Made by a program: the position numbers and the translations under genes. DNA of 64,000 bases, taken from positions 2,418,001 through 2,482,000 of the forward strand of contig CM074811.1 of NCBI GenBank assembly GCA_037447605.1, given 5' to 3'. The notes under the pieces were generated by a model. The model ran no database searches and was not told the origin of the DNA. It saw only the letters and a list, made by a program, of their open reading frames with translations. This stretch comes from Zygnema circumcarinatum SAG 698-1b (taxonomy: Eukaryota; Plantae; Zygnematophyceae). Below are positions 50,322 through 61,910 of this stretch, one piece after another (within the stretch, counting starts at the first letter, position 1; each line of letters starts with the position of its first letter).

Positions 50322-50935
50322 ACATGGCCACATGTGACATGGCCACATGCGACATGGCCACATGCGACATGGCCACATGCGACATGGCCACATGCGACAT
50401 GGCCACATGCCACATGGCCACATGCCACATGGCCACATGCGACATAGCCTCATGTGACATGGCCACATGCGACATAGCCTCATGTGACATGGCCACATGC
50501 GACATGGCCACATGCGACATGCCACATGCCACATGTCCACATGCGACATAGCCTCATGTGACATGGCCAATGCGACATGGCCAATGCGATATGGTTACAT
50601 GCGACATGGCCACATGCGACATTGCCACTTGCGACAATGCCACATGGGACATGGCCACATGTGACAAGGCCACATGCGACATTGCCACATGCGACATGGC
50701 CACATGCGACATGGCCACATGCGACAATGCCACATGCGACATGGCCAATGCGACATGGCCATTGCGATATGGTTACATGCGACATGGCCACATGCGACAA
50801 TGCCACATGGGACATGGCCACATGTCACAAGGCCACATGCGACATTGCCACATTTGACATGGCCACATGCCACATGGCCACATGCGACAATGCCACATGC
50901 GACATGGCCACATGCAAGTATGCAACATGGTCACG
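50322..50935. repeat. 15-bp minisatellite (ATGGCCACATGCGAC), about 40 degenerate units
   Basis: Directly visible. It produces spurious DMATC/HVACG-repeat ORFs on both strands. Confidence 0.92.
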
Positions 50936-52126
50936 GTGCAATGTCCACTAGGGCCGCCGCTATGTACGGACAAGGGAGAGTTCGGATTGGTACACTGTGC
51001 GCAGGGCCGAGGCCGTTGGCGCCCTTCCTGCGGTTGGTCCCGTTAGCCCTAATTTTGGAGAGGACCCAGCTAGCGGCCATGGAGCTGCTCCCGGGGGAGC
51101 AGCAGCAGCAGCAGCAGGAGGAGGGCGGGGAGGATAACAGCTTGTTTGATTGCTGCGAGTGAGCACGCAGGAGCGAATGGGAAGGTCTGGAATGAAGAGA
51201 TTAGTATTCTTTTTCGGAATGAGAATGGTCGGTTGCAGTGGTCTCTGGGGCTAGATTAAATTGGCTGGAAAGATGGCGACGCAAACTTGAAATATTAATC
51301 TTTTGATTAGGTTCGTGTTTTGTATCATTTTAATTTGGCGTAGGTAAAATTGGAGACGAGAAACTATGATGCAGACTGACTGACAGCTTTGTTAACGCAT
51401 AACGATTTGATCATTTGTTTGATGCAAACATTGGAAGTGAACGAGTCTGAGTTGACATTCACAGTATGCAAGGCACCGACAAAATGCCCCCTCGGCCCCT
51501 TATGTTCTCTGACCCGACAGTTCATTGCAAAAAGAAGAAAGAAATTGATGTTCTGGGCGCCAACATTGCTTTTAATTTCCATGGTCACGACTGGGCGATG
51601 GGAGAGGCATTCGATGTTACCGTTAAAGGAACGTCAAGTTTTCTTGCAATGTATCTTGCAAATTCGTAATGCGGGGTTTTTTTAGGTCAGAGTCTGGCGT
51701 GTACGGCAACGCACACGTGCGCATAAACATCGCTAACTCTGCCGTCTCTAAAATTCTGTCTCTGTCTGAATGGCAATTGGCAGAGATTTGCTACTTCGTT
51801 CATATGTGTGATTTGCTTGATCACATTATGATTATGATGATTGCGATTGCGATTGCTCATGCAGTGGACATTGTTGCAGGAATTTGAACTTGCCCGCTTG
51901 AGCTCTAGCCGCAGGGTCGACTGGTTATTGCGATGGAGATGAATGTTATCCGTTGTTCAGATAGGCAAAACGGCTGGTTTACCGGAGAAAGCAGAGTGAC
52001 ATTGTAGAGTAGTTTCTGAGAAACCATTTTTGTCATGGCATGGCCCAGGCTGCAGGACTGGTCTATGTAGACATCGACAGAAAATCAGGATTTTGGAAAG
52101 CAGCAGAATACAACCTTTAAGACGCC

Positions 52127-55100
52127 ATGGAAATGCCAGCGCCAATGGATTATTCGACACCACTTGTCCGCCGTTATTTGTCTGACTTGAAACATGACGA
52201 CAGCCGGGATGAAGCAATCAAATCTTTAAGGTGCAAAATCCTCTACACAACTCTTATCAATTACAGAACTCAACTGGAGCAAGAAAGATGTATGTCAATA
52301 GAGAAGGTCCTGCATCCTATCTTCGTTTATCGCCTTATAAATGGCGCGTTGCCCATGAACAAGTCGCGAGATGTCTGTTCCAAATGCAGCAATTTCAGTC
52401 TTCTTTGGGCAGTTCCAAGCAGTTCAAGGAGAGTGAAGAAGCAGGTCTATTTCATGGAGCGATTGCTGCAACAATTGCTCCTTTGGGTTTCACAGGCAAC
52501 AAGTACTGCAAATGGAACCCTCTGCCATTCCACGCTTTGTGCACCATGTCTCAGAGTCAAGTGGACAAGGGACACCTAAAAAATACGCAGGTCGGTTGCC
52601 CCCGTTTTGCATTCGTGCTATGTCTTGTTAAGCTGGGTTGGATAGAATGGCTTGGATTGCGGCATATCATAAATAAGTGTGTCCGGCGTAGTACGTCTTG
52701 AACTGTTCTGGATTGACTCAGAATGAAACAAACTAGCTCTGTCAGTATGGCAAAAGATGGAAAATTACTTATTATGAGATGGGCCCTTTGCGGAAAAGTG
52801 AAATATCTTCCGATTTCGCAGCATTGTCTAGCAGTTTCAGGAATGGACATCACTTGGGTCGCTTCCTGCGTTACTTCTAACTTCTTTCTTCTGTTCCCTT
52901 ATGATTCTTTAGTGGCCTTGTATGGAGAGTGTGCGCGGAAACATGGACCCAACATCATCCCTCACATACCAAAGATAATTGGCAGCATGATTCGGCAAAT
53001 GTCCCAAGACTGGTGCTCATCAGTCTTTCAAGAAGCATGTGCCAGCACTATCTTGGAGATAGTCCGCTATGGCGCCAAAGATCACCGGCAGGCGGGTGAG
53101 TCTCCCATTGTGCTTCACTCAGATCCAATGTGGAACGTGGGAATATAGTGAGGTGTATCTCATCAAGTGGTTGGTTTTTTGTTTGCCGCAGAGGATGTGG
53201 TCGGATTCGTTGCGGAAATGCTTTCTCCTTCATTGACGGATCGCTGTGAGCCATTGGCCACTGGAGCAGCAGTGTGCTTGGAAGCGCTGATTTCATGCGA
53301 GAAATGGAAAACGGTGAGACTTGCTTGCGAGAATAGTATACACGTGACTGACCAGATCGGCGTCCTCTTAACTGTTATGATTGAGACGCCACGTCGTCAG
53401 AAAGCACGAGCTACATATTGCACACAGCTTAATCGAAGACGCAGGTTGTCCGTTTTAGGACTTCAATTCAAAAGCATTGTTTAAACCAGCTGGTCGGCCG
53501 CTCGACAGACGGTTTGATTTGACCATTTTATGTTCCATGGCCGCTGATTCTCCAGAAGGTTGGTATCTGTGCATTATCCTTCACTTTTCCACGGAGATTG
53601 TGTGGTGTCTGTCTGTGAGTCCAGGCGAGTGAGAGCACAGCGAGAGAGGCTTGGCGCACCGCAGTGCAGGCGGTGGCAGATCCGCTGAGGATGGTGGCGC
53701 ACTTGCAGCTCGCCTTGGCACTGACTCGCACTGGCAGTAATCTTCTGCAGGTGAGCATGGAGACAGGGGAAAGGAGAAAGGGAAATGGGAGGGAGCATGA
53801 GCATGGAGACATGGGAAAGGAGAAAGGGAAATGGGAGGGAGCATGAGCATGGAGACAGGGGAAAGGAGAAAGGGAAATGGGAGGGAGCATGAGCATGGAG
53901 ACATGGGAAAGGAGAAAGGGAAATGGGAGGGAGCATGAGCATGGAGACAGGGGAAAGGAGAAAGGGAAATGGGAGGGAGCATGAGCATGGAGACATGGGA
54001 AAGGAGAAAGGGAAATGGGAGGGAGCATGAGCATGGAGACATGGGAAGGAGTGGGAAATGGGAGGGAGCATGAGCATGGAGACATGGGGAAGGAGTAAGG
54101 GAAATGGGAGGGAGCATGAGCATGGAGACATGGGAAAGGAGTAAGGGAAAAGGGAGGGAGCATGAGCATGGAGACATGGGAAAGGAGTAAGGGAAAAGGG
54201 AGGGAGCATGAGCATGGAGACATGGGAAAGGAGAAAGGGAAATGGGAGGGAGCATGAGCATGGAGACATGGGGAAGGAGTAAGGGAAATGGGAGGGAGCA
54301 TGAGCATGGAGACATGGGGAAGGAGTAAGGGAAATGGGAGGGAGCATGAGCATGGAGACAGGGGAAAGGAGAAAGGGAAATGGGAGGGAGCATGAGCATG
54401 GAGACATGGCAAAAGGAGCCCCCCCCTGGAGGCCATTTGGTGCCTGGAAACATGGAACATGGATTTTCAATTTAAGGTTGCATGAGTTTCTGTGTCTATG
54501 GCCTGACCTGTTGCAGTGCCACTCATCATTTTTTTCTTTTTGTGGACGTGCCGGGTCAATCAGGAGCATGCCAAGTTGCTTCTTTCAGCGGCGTTGGAAG
54601 TGCTGACTGTAGCCAGCCAATGGCAACGGCGCTTGTATGCTGTTAAGCTCATCGCTGAGGTCCTCAGCAGGTGAGAGTTTGCTTGAGTTTGAGCTTTGAC
54701 GAAGACAAGACAGGCCAAAGGAGCCTTACTAAAGATCTTCTTACATACGCATAACTCTACTCATACCCCTGAACACATACAATGAATTAGGGCATGCACA
54801 GAGCTGAGTCCTACCCGCCCTTCACTCGCCGGCCGATTGCTCAGTTTTTTATGGTATGAAATTCTATGTGTGGATCCTTTTTAATCTGAATGTACAACCG
54901 GACCCGACGTTTGCAGACTATGATAGCGATCGTTAGGTTCAGCAGGCAGCGTTGGCTTGTGGCTATGAAACAATAACTGAGTCAGCATGTGATATCCTCT
55001 CCTGATCTTACCTTTTCATACTGATCTCTTGGCAGATGTGAAGAGGCCACCTTCCATGATGAGGTCGAAGAGGTAGAGTCGGTCCTGATCAGCTGCGAGG

Positions 55101-58100
55101 ATGAGCCTATGGAGCGAGTGCGAGAGGAGATGGAGAGTCTTCGGAGGATGATTGCATCATTCAAGGTGGGATGGTATGCTGGGTGGCGGAGTGAAGGGCA
55201 GAGGGAGCTTGTGTGGGGAATGGGAGGGCCGAAGAGGGTGGGGGGTAAAGTAGGGGGATGGGGGAGCATGGCCAGTTATTGAGGGGGGCATTGCTTCCAT
55301 TCAACGGTTTGTTTCCATTTTGACGAAAGGGCAGAGTCGGTGGAACGAAATCCATGGAAGAGGATTTTAAGTTTGAGCCTCAACGTTAATCAAGTATTAA
55401 GTTCCTAATGCTTCCCTCTGCTATTGTGCTGTTGCACATGTGTGATGTGTTTGTTTGTAACTTGTACATGTCTTTGCGCAAGCCCTGTTCAATCACTATA
55501 CTTTTTCATTTTCCAAAATAGTCACAGGGCCTTCGTTGTTTTGCATTCTCTTAACCAGTATTAGAAACAGCCGTTCGGGCTTATTCGCGTTTGTGAACTG
55601 CCTTGTTTTGTCTCATGTTTCTATAGCAATCTAACTGACAAAGGCCTGCAAGAGTGCAAGTCGTTGTCTTGTAAGCAAAGGGTCATCATGCTTGTTTAGG
55701 TTGTACCATTTGATTGACAGGGAAAGGTGACGTTGTTGGATTTCATAGGGTGCATCCGACACCGGACCAAGAAGGAGAGAGAAGAACGAAAAGTCAGCAT
55801 GTCGGAGACCCTGCTGGGACATTGCCAGCAAGCCCGGTATAGGACCTTCTCCTTGAGATTGAGGAGGTCGCCTTTGCTTTGTTTGCAAATGTGTCAGTTT
55901 CGATCCGTAAGATTTCTGCTGTCGATTTGCTTCCTTCACCTGTCCCTCCTGAGAAAGAGCTTCATGGCGTTCGTTTGTTAGTTGATCTTTTGAGAACTTA
56001 GGACTCTGTTGCTCCTTGTTGCAGGTGGAGGAAGTATGGTAAATGGGAACAATCTGCACAATAGAATGGGACCCGGCAATGAAGAATTCGTGTTGGGGCC
56101 TGTGGAAGCTGATGCTTTCAGTCAGCCCCGAAGCTCTCCTGTGAGCCAAAGAAAGCTTCAGTTTGATAGTGCAATGTCAAACAGCCCTCTTGCATCGCGA
56201 TACAATCTTCCCACACGCTCGAGCATTGCACGATCCCGAGAGTCCTTCACTGGCAGAGCTTCAAACCCTAATCTTTCAGTTAGTGCCGCAAAGAAGTCCC
56301 CCTCAAAATCCTCTTCCTGGAAAGGAAAAAGTGAAAATTTGAAAGCGGCTGGTGGTGCCAATTTAACACGTACGAAGTCGGATACCGCTGCAGCTTTAGA
56401 ATGTTATGAATTGAGGGAGGACAAGGGAATGACCCGCAGCTGTGGCTCTGTGGAACAAGGCCCAAGCAGCAACCTTACTCCATATTATACAGTGAGAGAG
56501 ATAGCAGAAGGTATTGCCCTACAAGAATGCAGCGGTAATTCCAGTGGCAAAGACGAGGAGCAAAAGGACAGTGGGGCTCGTGATAGACCGGTCAGCCGTG
56601 CTGAAAGTGATGGAAGCAGTGGAATTCAAAATGTCAATGGCTGCGCAGGAGAACGTGAGCAAGTGGTGACTAGTCAGCTTTTCACCGCTCAGGGACTCAT
56701 CTCTGCATGCTCATCACTATCAATTGGCAACGGTCAAGTGGGGTTTGAACAAAGCTCTGGCGAAGTAGAACAATGGCTGAAAGCGGGAGGAGAAAAAGGA
56801 CACGGACTGCTTTCTTCCTTTTGTGGGGATATTTCGGAATCAATCAGCAGCGATGTGAAAAGTGCGGCAGACATTTTGAAAAAGCTTGGCAAGGAACACT
56901 TCGTAGAATCTGAAGGCCGGTAAGTTCGACCACGTTGCTCGGTCCCTGATACATTTCTTAGCTCCTTTTTGTGCGTGTGAGCTTCTCCACATAAGACGGC
57001 AAAGATCACCAAGGAATGGGGTCACTCAAATGCAAAGCAAGAAAAAGTTAGATGCTTAAGCTGGTCGGGAGTCACTTACCATCAAAGGATAGACTCAGCG
57101 AAGCTACCGAAGCTGGAAAAACTCATCCTATGCCCGCTGCTTATTGCAGAACTTCGTTAGAAGCAAAGAAAGCACACAAGCCTATGCTTAGCCGAGACTC
57201 GTCCCGGGAGTCCCTTAGCGGCTGTGCGAGCACAACTAGCAGCAGTGCAGGCCGCCCGGAAGCCATGCGGCTGGTGAGACCTCTGGAGAGCGGAGGGGCA
57301 TCAGCAAGCAAGGTGGGGGGGGGGATTTGCTTCCGGATTGATTTTCCACCGTATTTCGTCCTTTTCGGTTCTTCTCCGTGGTGGTTTCCTTGCCCTTGAT
57401 GGTGGCAGGGGAGGTGTGCAGGAAACTCTCTGATGTGTCTGTGAGGTTTGTTGTTAGAGAGGTTTAGTTTTGGGCATTTGATGAAGGAAGGTTGACGATT
57501 CTTCGTCGATTTTTTATCGTGCACCTGGAGGTTTGAAGATAGGCATGTTTCACTGACAAAGCGGGCTGTTGCGGGCTGCAGAAAAGCACAACAGTGACGA
57601 AGGAGGACTTGTTAATCAATTGGGACCCCAAGAAACTGCTCATCTCCCTTCAATCAGGCACCCCGGAGTCAAGCAAAGGAAATTCTCGCCAAGCCTCGTC
57701 AGCTACAAGTGTTGCGAGAGAACGGCAGGGTTCAGCTTCTGGAATGGAGTCAGCGAGTGGGCCAATGCTTCATGAGGTTTCAACGAGGTCAAGTGATACA
57801 GCGAGAGGGGAGGATCACTGGCAACGTGTGATCAGGAAAAAGAGGGAAAATGCAGAGGCAGTGGATAGTGGTGAAGTCAGTGCCATGGGTAGTCAAATAC
57901 CAACAGAAAATGTTGCAGGCAGCGAGGGTTATCCCACAAGTAGGCCTGCGAGGGATTTTCACGAGGGAAGACGAGGGGGCGTTTCAAGCTTTGCAGGGAA
58001 TGCTGACATGGAAGATGAGCTGTCAGCTGTCGACTTGGTGGAAGATCGTGAACATCTGAGAGAGAGCGTAGCTACGAGTGGCAAGACAGGAACTGATATC

Positions 58101-58604
58101 ACGGGGGGCGAACAGCAAAGGGACACTTTTACCATGCGGATGATCGGAAGAAAAGGAAGACGACGCGGCGAATCGGTGAAAAAGTTTAATGACGTTCCGC
58201 ATATTGTTCTGAAGACTGAAAAGGGAAGTTCTACACTCCAGAAGGCAAAACCGCATTTGTTGAAGGAAAAGGAACAAACGGACACTCGCGTAGAGAAGGC
58301 AAAGGTCAAAGTGGCAGAGAAGGCAGATGATTTAGAGAATGACGATAAGGATGAGGATGGGGATGAGAATCAAGACGCCTTGGAGGGCGATGAGGGCTCA
58401 TTGGTTTCAGAGGAGAACGATTTGCAGTCCAGGTCCAGGTCATGGTCTCGAGTAGTGGTTGGAGGGGCCTTTTGGATGGGCGAAATTTTGTTAGAGTTCA
58501 TCCTGCAGGGGTGTGTGCTTGGGGCATTAAGCTTCCACACTCTACTTCTCGTTGCAGCTATCTACCGTTTGAGCCAAGACGGCTTAGACGTTCAACCTAC
58601 ATAG
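52127..58604 (+). CDS. SINE1: SINE1/SINE2-like outer nuclear envelope protein (ARM/HEAT repeats, long disordered region, C-terminal TM, KASH-like tail)
   Basis: STPLVRRYLSDLKHDDSRDEAIKSLR; VALYGECARKHGPNIIPHIPKIIGSMIR..FQEACASTILEIVRYG; LSPSLTDRCEPLATGAAVCLEALISCEKWK; QWQRRLYAVKLIAEVL; EVEEVESVLISCEDEPMERVR parallel, as I recall it, the SINE1/TORTIFOLIA-like ARM region. Ends in a hydrophobic segment plus RLSQDGLDVQPT*. Exon 2 choice is uncertain. Confidence 0.75.
53752..54408. repeat. About 46-bp intronic minisatellite (GAGCATGGAGACATGGGAAAGGAGAAAGGGAAATGGGAGGGAGCAT), about 14 units
   Basis: Directly visible. It starts at the splice donor GTGAGC (53751). The source of the long spurious PFPCLHAHAPSHF-repeat ORFs on the - strand. 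Confidence 0.92.
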
Positions 58605-59404
58605 GGTCGGGCAGGGGCTCCGATGTCCCGGCTACTCTTCATGCCTTCGCAAAATCCATTTTTCGTCATACTGTCACCATTTTCTCTGCTGCCTTCGGAA
58701 GCCATGGTGTCTTGCTTTACGGTGGCAAAATGGTAACTCCTGGTCTCCTTACACTTTCTGTGGCGTAAACCCTGAACCAGGTCTCAAGATAACAGCTCCT
58801 TGGCGTGTACTTTTATAGAGTCATTATCACACCGTGTGACTGCTGTCGCATGTCCTCACATGCAGCATTAGTGGAATCACGGACATTAAGCAGCTTAGCA
58901 GCTAAGAGTGTTGAGTTTTGAGTCACTTTGGAAATGCCGTTCAGTTGTATATATAGAGATAGCTCTATAATGGTAAAGTTATGGTACTGTAGTTTTTCTA
59001 AAGCGGAGTTGGTTTCAGCAAGGAGCAATTGGCGAACGTGGGGACGATCATGGAGCGGTGGAGCGTTGGCGAAAAAGGAGCTGTGGCTCTTTGCGGAGCA
59101 TAGACTTAAATAAGAGCTAGGTCTAAGCGTAGAAATTACTCCTTCTGTCTGCTCTTGTGCAGTCAGCCTTGTGGAAGCTGAGTGGAAGTGGTGGGGAGCT
59201 TAGAGAGCTCTTTGAATTATCGTAACTGGAGTTTCAGTCTTCAAATCTTTCTCCAAAGATATTTGTGTGTCTCTTGCATGTTTTCTTGCTTTGTAGCTTG
59301 CTGCTCTCTCTAAGTCTATCTTAGTGAAATGTCGACTACGGAGATTGACCGAGCAGGTGAAGTTGCTGCCGCAAAAGGAAATGAAGAAATGTCTGCAAGG
59401 GAAC

Positions 59405-59612
59405 TAATTCTATCAGATAGTGGCGTAAATGCACGCTTCCATTCGAATCTATCATCAACACCTTGAACCAGTATTAATGCCAACATGGCAGCGAGGAGCT
59501 CAGTACTCAAGAGCCAGTAGAATGCAAGGCGTGACCTCAACTTCTTCAGGATCGAGGGGCACCGCACGTGTGAACGGAGGCAGCGCCAGTAGGAGGGCGC
59601 CGAGGAGGCGAT
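59405..59612 (-). pseudogene. Truncated third copy of the protease gene's exon 1 and intron 1
   Basis: Encodes ...LLGALLLALPPFTRAVPLDPEE but has no ATG, and the donor GT is mutated to TT (59540). The intron matches about 48775-48890 and 61680-61807. Confidence 0.8.
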
Positions 59613-60389
59613 GGCGCTTTCCAATCGCTCGTCGCCACGTGGTTCCCAAGGACCAGTTTCGATGCAACGCCTGGTACGGCACTGTCGACACGTGGGCTCA
59701 CAATCATCGACTCGCGGTGACCGTCGGTCGATGTCAGTTGCAAGTGTGGATTCCGTGTCATTCGATGAGCGAAGTGAAGAAGGTGAATTGCACTCAGAAG
59801 TGGAGAACCTGCCAAGGTGGTGCAAACACTCAAGACGCTCTAATGCAGTGCGACAGCGATTACTCACTCATGTGGCAGTCGGCAACTAGAGGAACTCAAC
59901 CGCAACTCAACGGTTGAGTGCGTTGGACGCTGTTTGGCCGACAGACCGCTTGGAGCAAGCGGCACATTGGTGAACACGTCACTAGATAGGGCAAAGATGG
60001 CAGAATATGACATGGCACAAACGAGATCAGCTTTTGCTTTAAACAGTACAAATAAAAAAGACCAAGTGCAAAGCTTGTCCGAGAAGTCCATTCCTTGAAA
60101 ACATATTGTTCCCCCGCCTGCCCTCACTATAAGCGGATCACAAAAAATTATCAGCATTGGTCCCAAAACAGCTCCTTGCTTGTTAAGTACGAAACATTTC
60201 TGATGGAGACTACTCCCACACCTTGGCGAACCGCAAAACAACTACCCACCCTTTGGTCAAAAAACGGCCAGTATAAGTTACCCCTATCCCCTAGAAGCGG
60301 CAGCAGCCATAATCCGCCTGCTCTTCCTGCGGCGTTTGAAGCGGAAGGTTTCAACTCTCGCAGGTGCTTCCCCCTCCACCTGCCAACGC

Positions 60390-61910
60390 TTAGCACGTCG
60401 CCTTGTACACACCTCCACTTACTGTATATTTGCAGCCAATGGCGGTGACCAGAGTCGTCAAAGAGTACGACCCCGTCAAAGACGTGTAATAAGTAGGGCA
60501 ACCGTTGACGTTTCCCCCGGAAAGAGCCCCCGCCACATTTGCACCGTTGTAGGGACTAAAGATCGGCCCTCCGCTCATCCCCCCTTCTGCGGAGACGTAC
60601 TCGCACATGATTGCCGAGGAGAAGCCATAGCAGCCGCGAGTCAGCGAAGCTGTGGTCACGTCGTAAACGATCGTGTAGCCATCCTGGGTTACAGCAGGAT
60701 ACCCGAAATTGGCACGTGGGTTGGCAGAGGAAGGGCTGCTCCATGAGTATGTCTGCCCTCCAATGCTGTTCTTCAGCTTCACTACAGCAATGTCACTGCC
60801 GTTAAAGAGAGTCTTCCCCCACGTAGGCGACGTCTGAAACGCAGTAAACAACCTGACCTCTGAATAGTAGGCTCCGGAGTAGTAGCTGTCAGAGTCGGTG
60901 TTCAATCTTGAGAACGCTGCCAGGTTGTAGGAGCCGCCCACCAACCACACATTCTTGTCGGTGTCATACACGCAGTGGCCAGCTGTCAGCACGAGGTTGG
61001 GGGCGATGAGCGATCCGGAGCAGTGACCTATCCACTGACCGTTGCTGTTCAAAAGCGCGAGCTTCACAACCCCCGAGCTCATGCCGGTGTCCTCGAACCC
61101 TGGAATGACAGCTGCAGCGGGTAAACCCAGGTTGCAGTTCTTGAACCCCTTCGGAGCTAAGGCCTTGGCCTCCTTGGAGCCGTAGCGGATGAGCCGAGCG
61201 CCGGATCCACCGACCGTGGGCAGAGTCATGTAGCCGGAAAAGGTCAAATTTTTGGGAAAAGGCAAATGCTTGTTCGTCGAAGGAGCCTTGAGGCCCACTG
61301 TTGCCGGGGGAGTGCTCGCCAACTCTCTCCGTGCCACGCTAGGCAGCTCCGCTGCGCTCGTGGACGAATCCGACTCCGGCTCGGCATGTTTGGGGAGAGA
61401 ACTGCATCAAAATTGCAGACTTTGATATTAAAAAATAGGGTTTGGGAGTGTTCGCGAGAGTGTGGAGACCCATGCGAAGGGGAAAGGCAGCAGGTCAGAC
61501 ACTGAGCACAGTAAAGTCAGCCAACACGGAGAAAAAATTCGTACAGGCCAATGATGCGGCCCGCGCTGTCACATGTAACGCCCTCCAACTGATCGCAGTC
61601 CGCCCCCTCGACCCACGAGGCCTTCAGCTGCAAGAGGAATTTCTCTGAATGCAGCAAAAAGTGACAGCTGGAGTGAAGATCAGAAATTAGTGGCAGAAAT
61701 GCATGCTTCCATTCGAATCCATCATCATATCCTTGAAGCAATATTAATTCCAACATGGCAGCGAGCTTACTACTCAAGCGGCAGTAGAATGCAGGGCGTG
61801 GTCTCACCTTCTTCAGGAGCGAGGGGCACCGCACGCGTGAAGGGAGGCAGCGCCGCCAGGAGGGCGCAGAGGAGGAGAGGGCAGATACGCGAGAGCGGGA
61901 GGGCCGCCAT
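60390..61910 (-). CDS. Secreted trypsin-fold serine protease with LRR N-cap module, copy B (404 aa)
   Basis: Exon 1 61910-61808 (103 nt, MAALPLSRICPLLLCALLAALPPFTRAVPLAPEE); exon 2 61644-61545 (100 nt, EKFLLQLKASWVEGADCDQLEGVTCDSAGRIIG); exon 3 61401-60390 (1012 nt) with TAGHC, SDIAVVKL and GMSGGP. Frame intact. Confidence 0.88.

Noticed and set aside
49967-50973. Cys/His/Met-rich repeat proteins (metallothionein-like DMATC/HVACG/MWPCR ORFs)
   Set aside because: All six frames give such repeats because the unit is 15 bp. There is no signal peptide, splice support or preferred frame.
50322-54408. CRISPR-like arrays
   Set aside because: Both arrays are head-to-tail tandem repeats with no unique spacers, in a eukaryotic context with no cas genes.
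53528-54569. 290-331-aa minus-strand ORFs
   Set aside because: They are translations of the 46-bp intronic minisatellite, antisense to the SINE-like gene.
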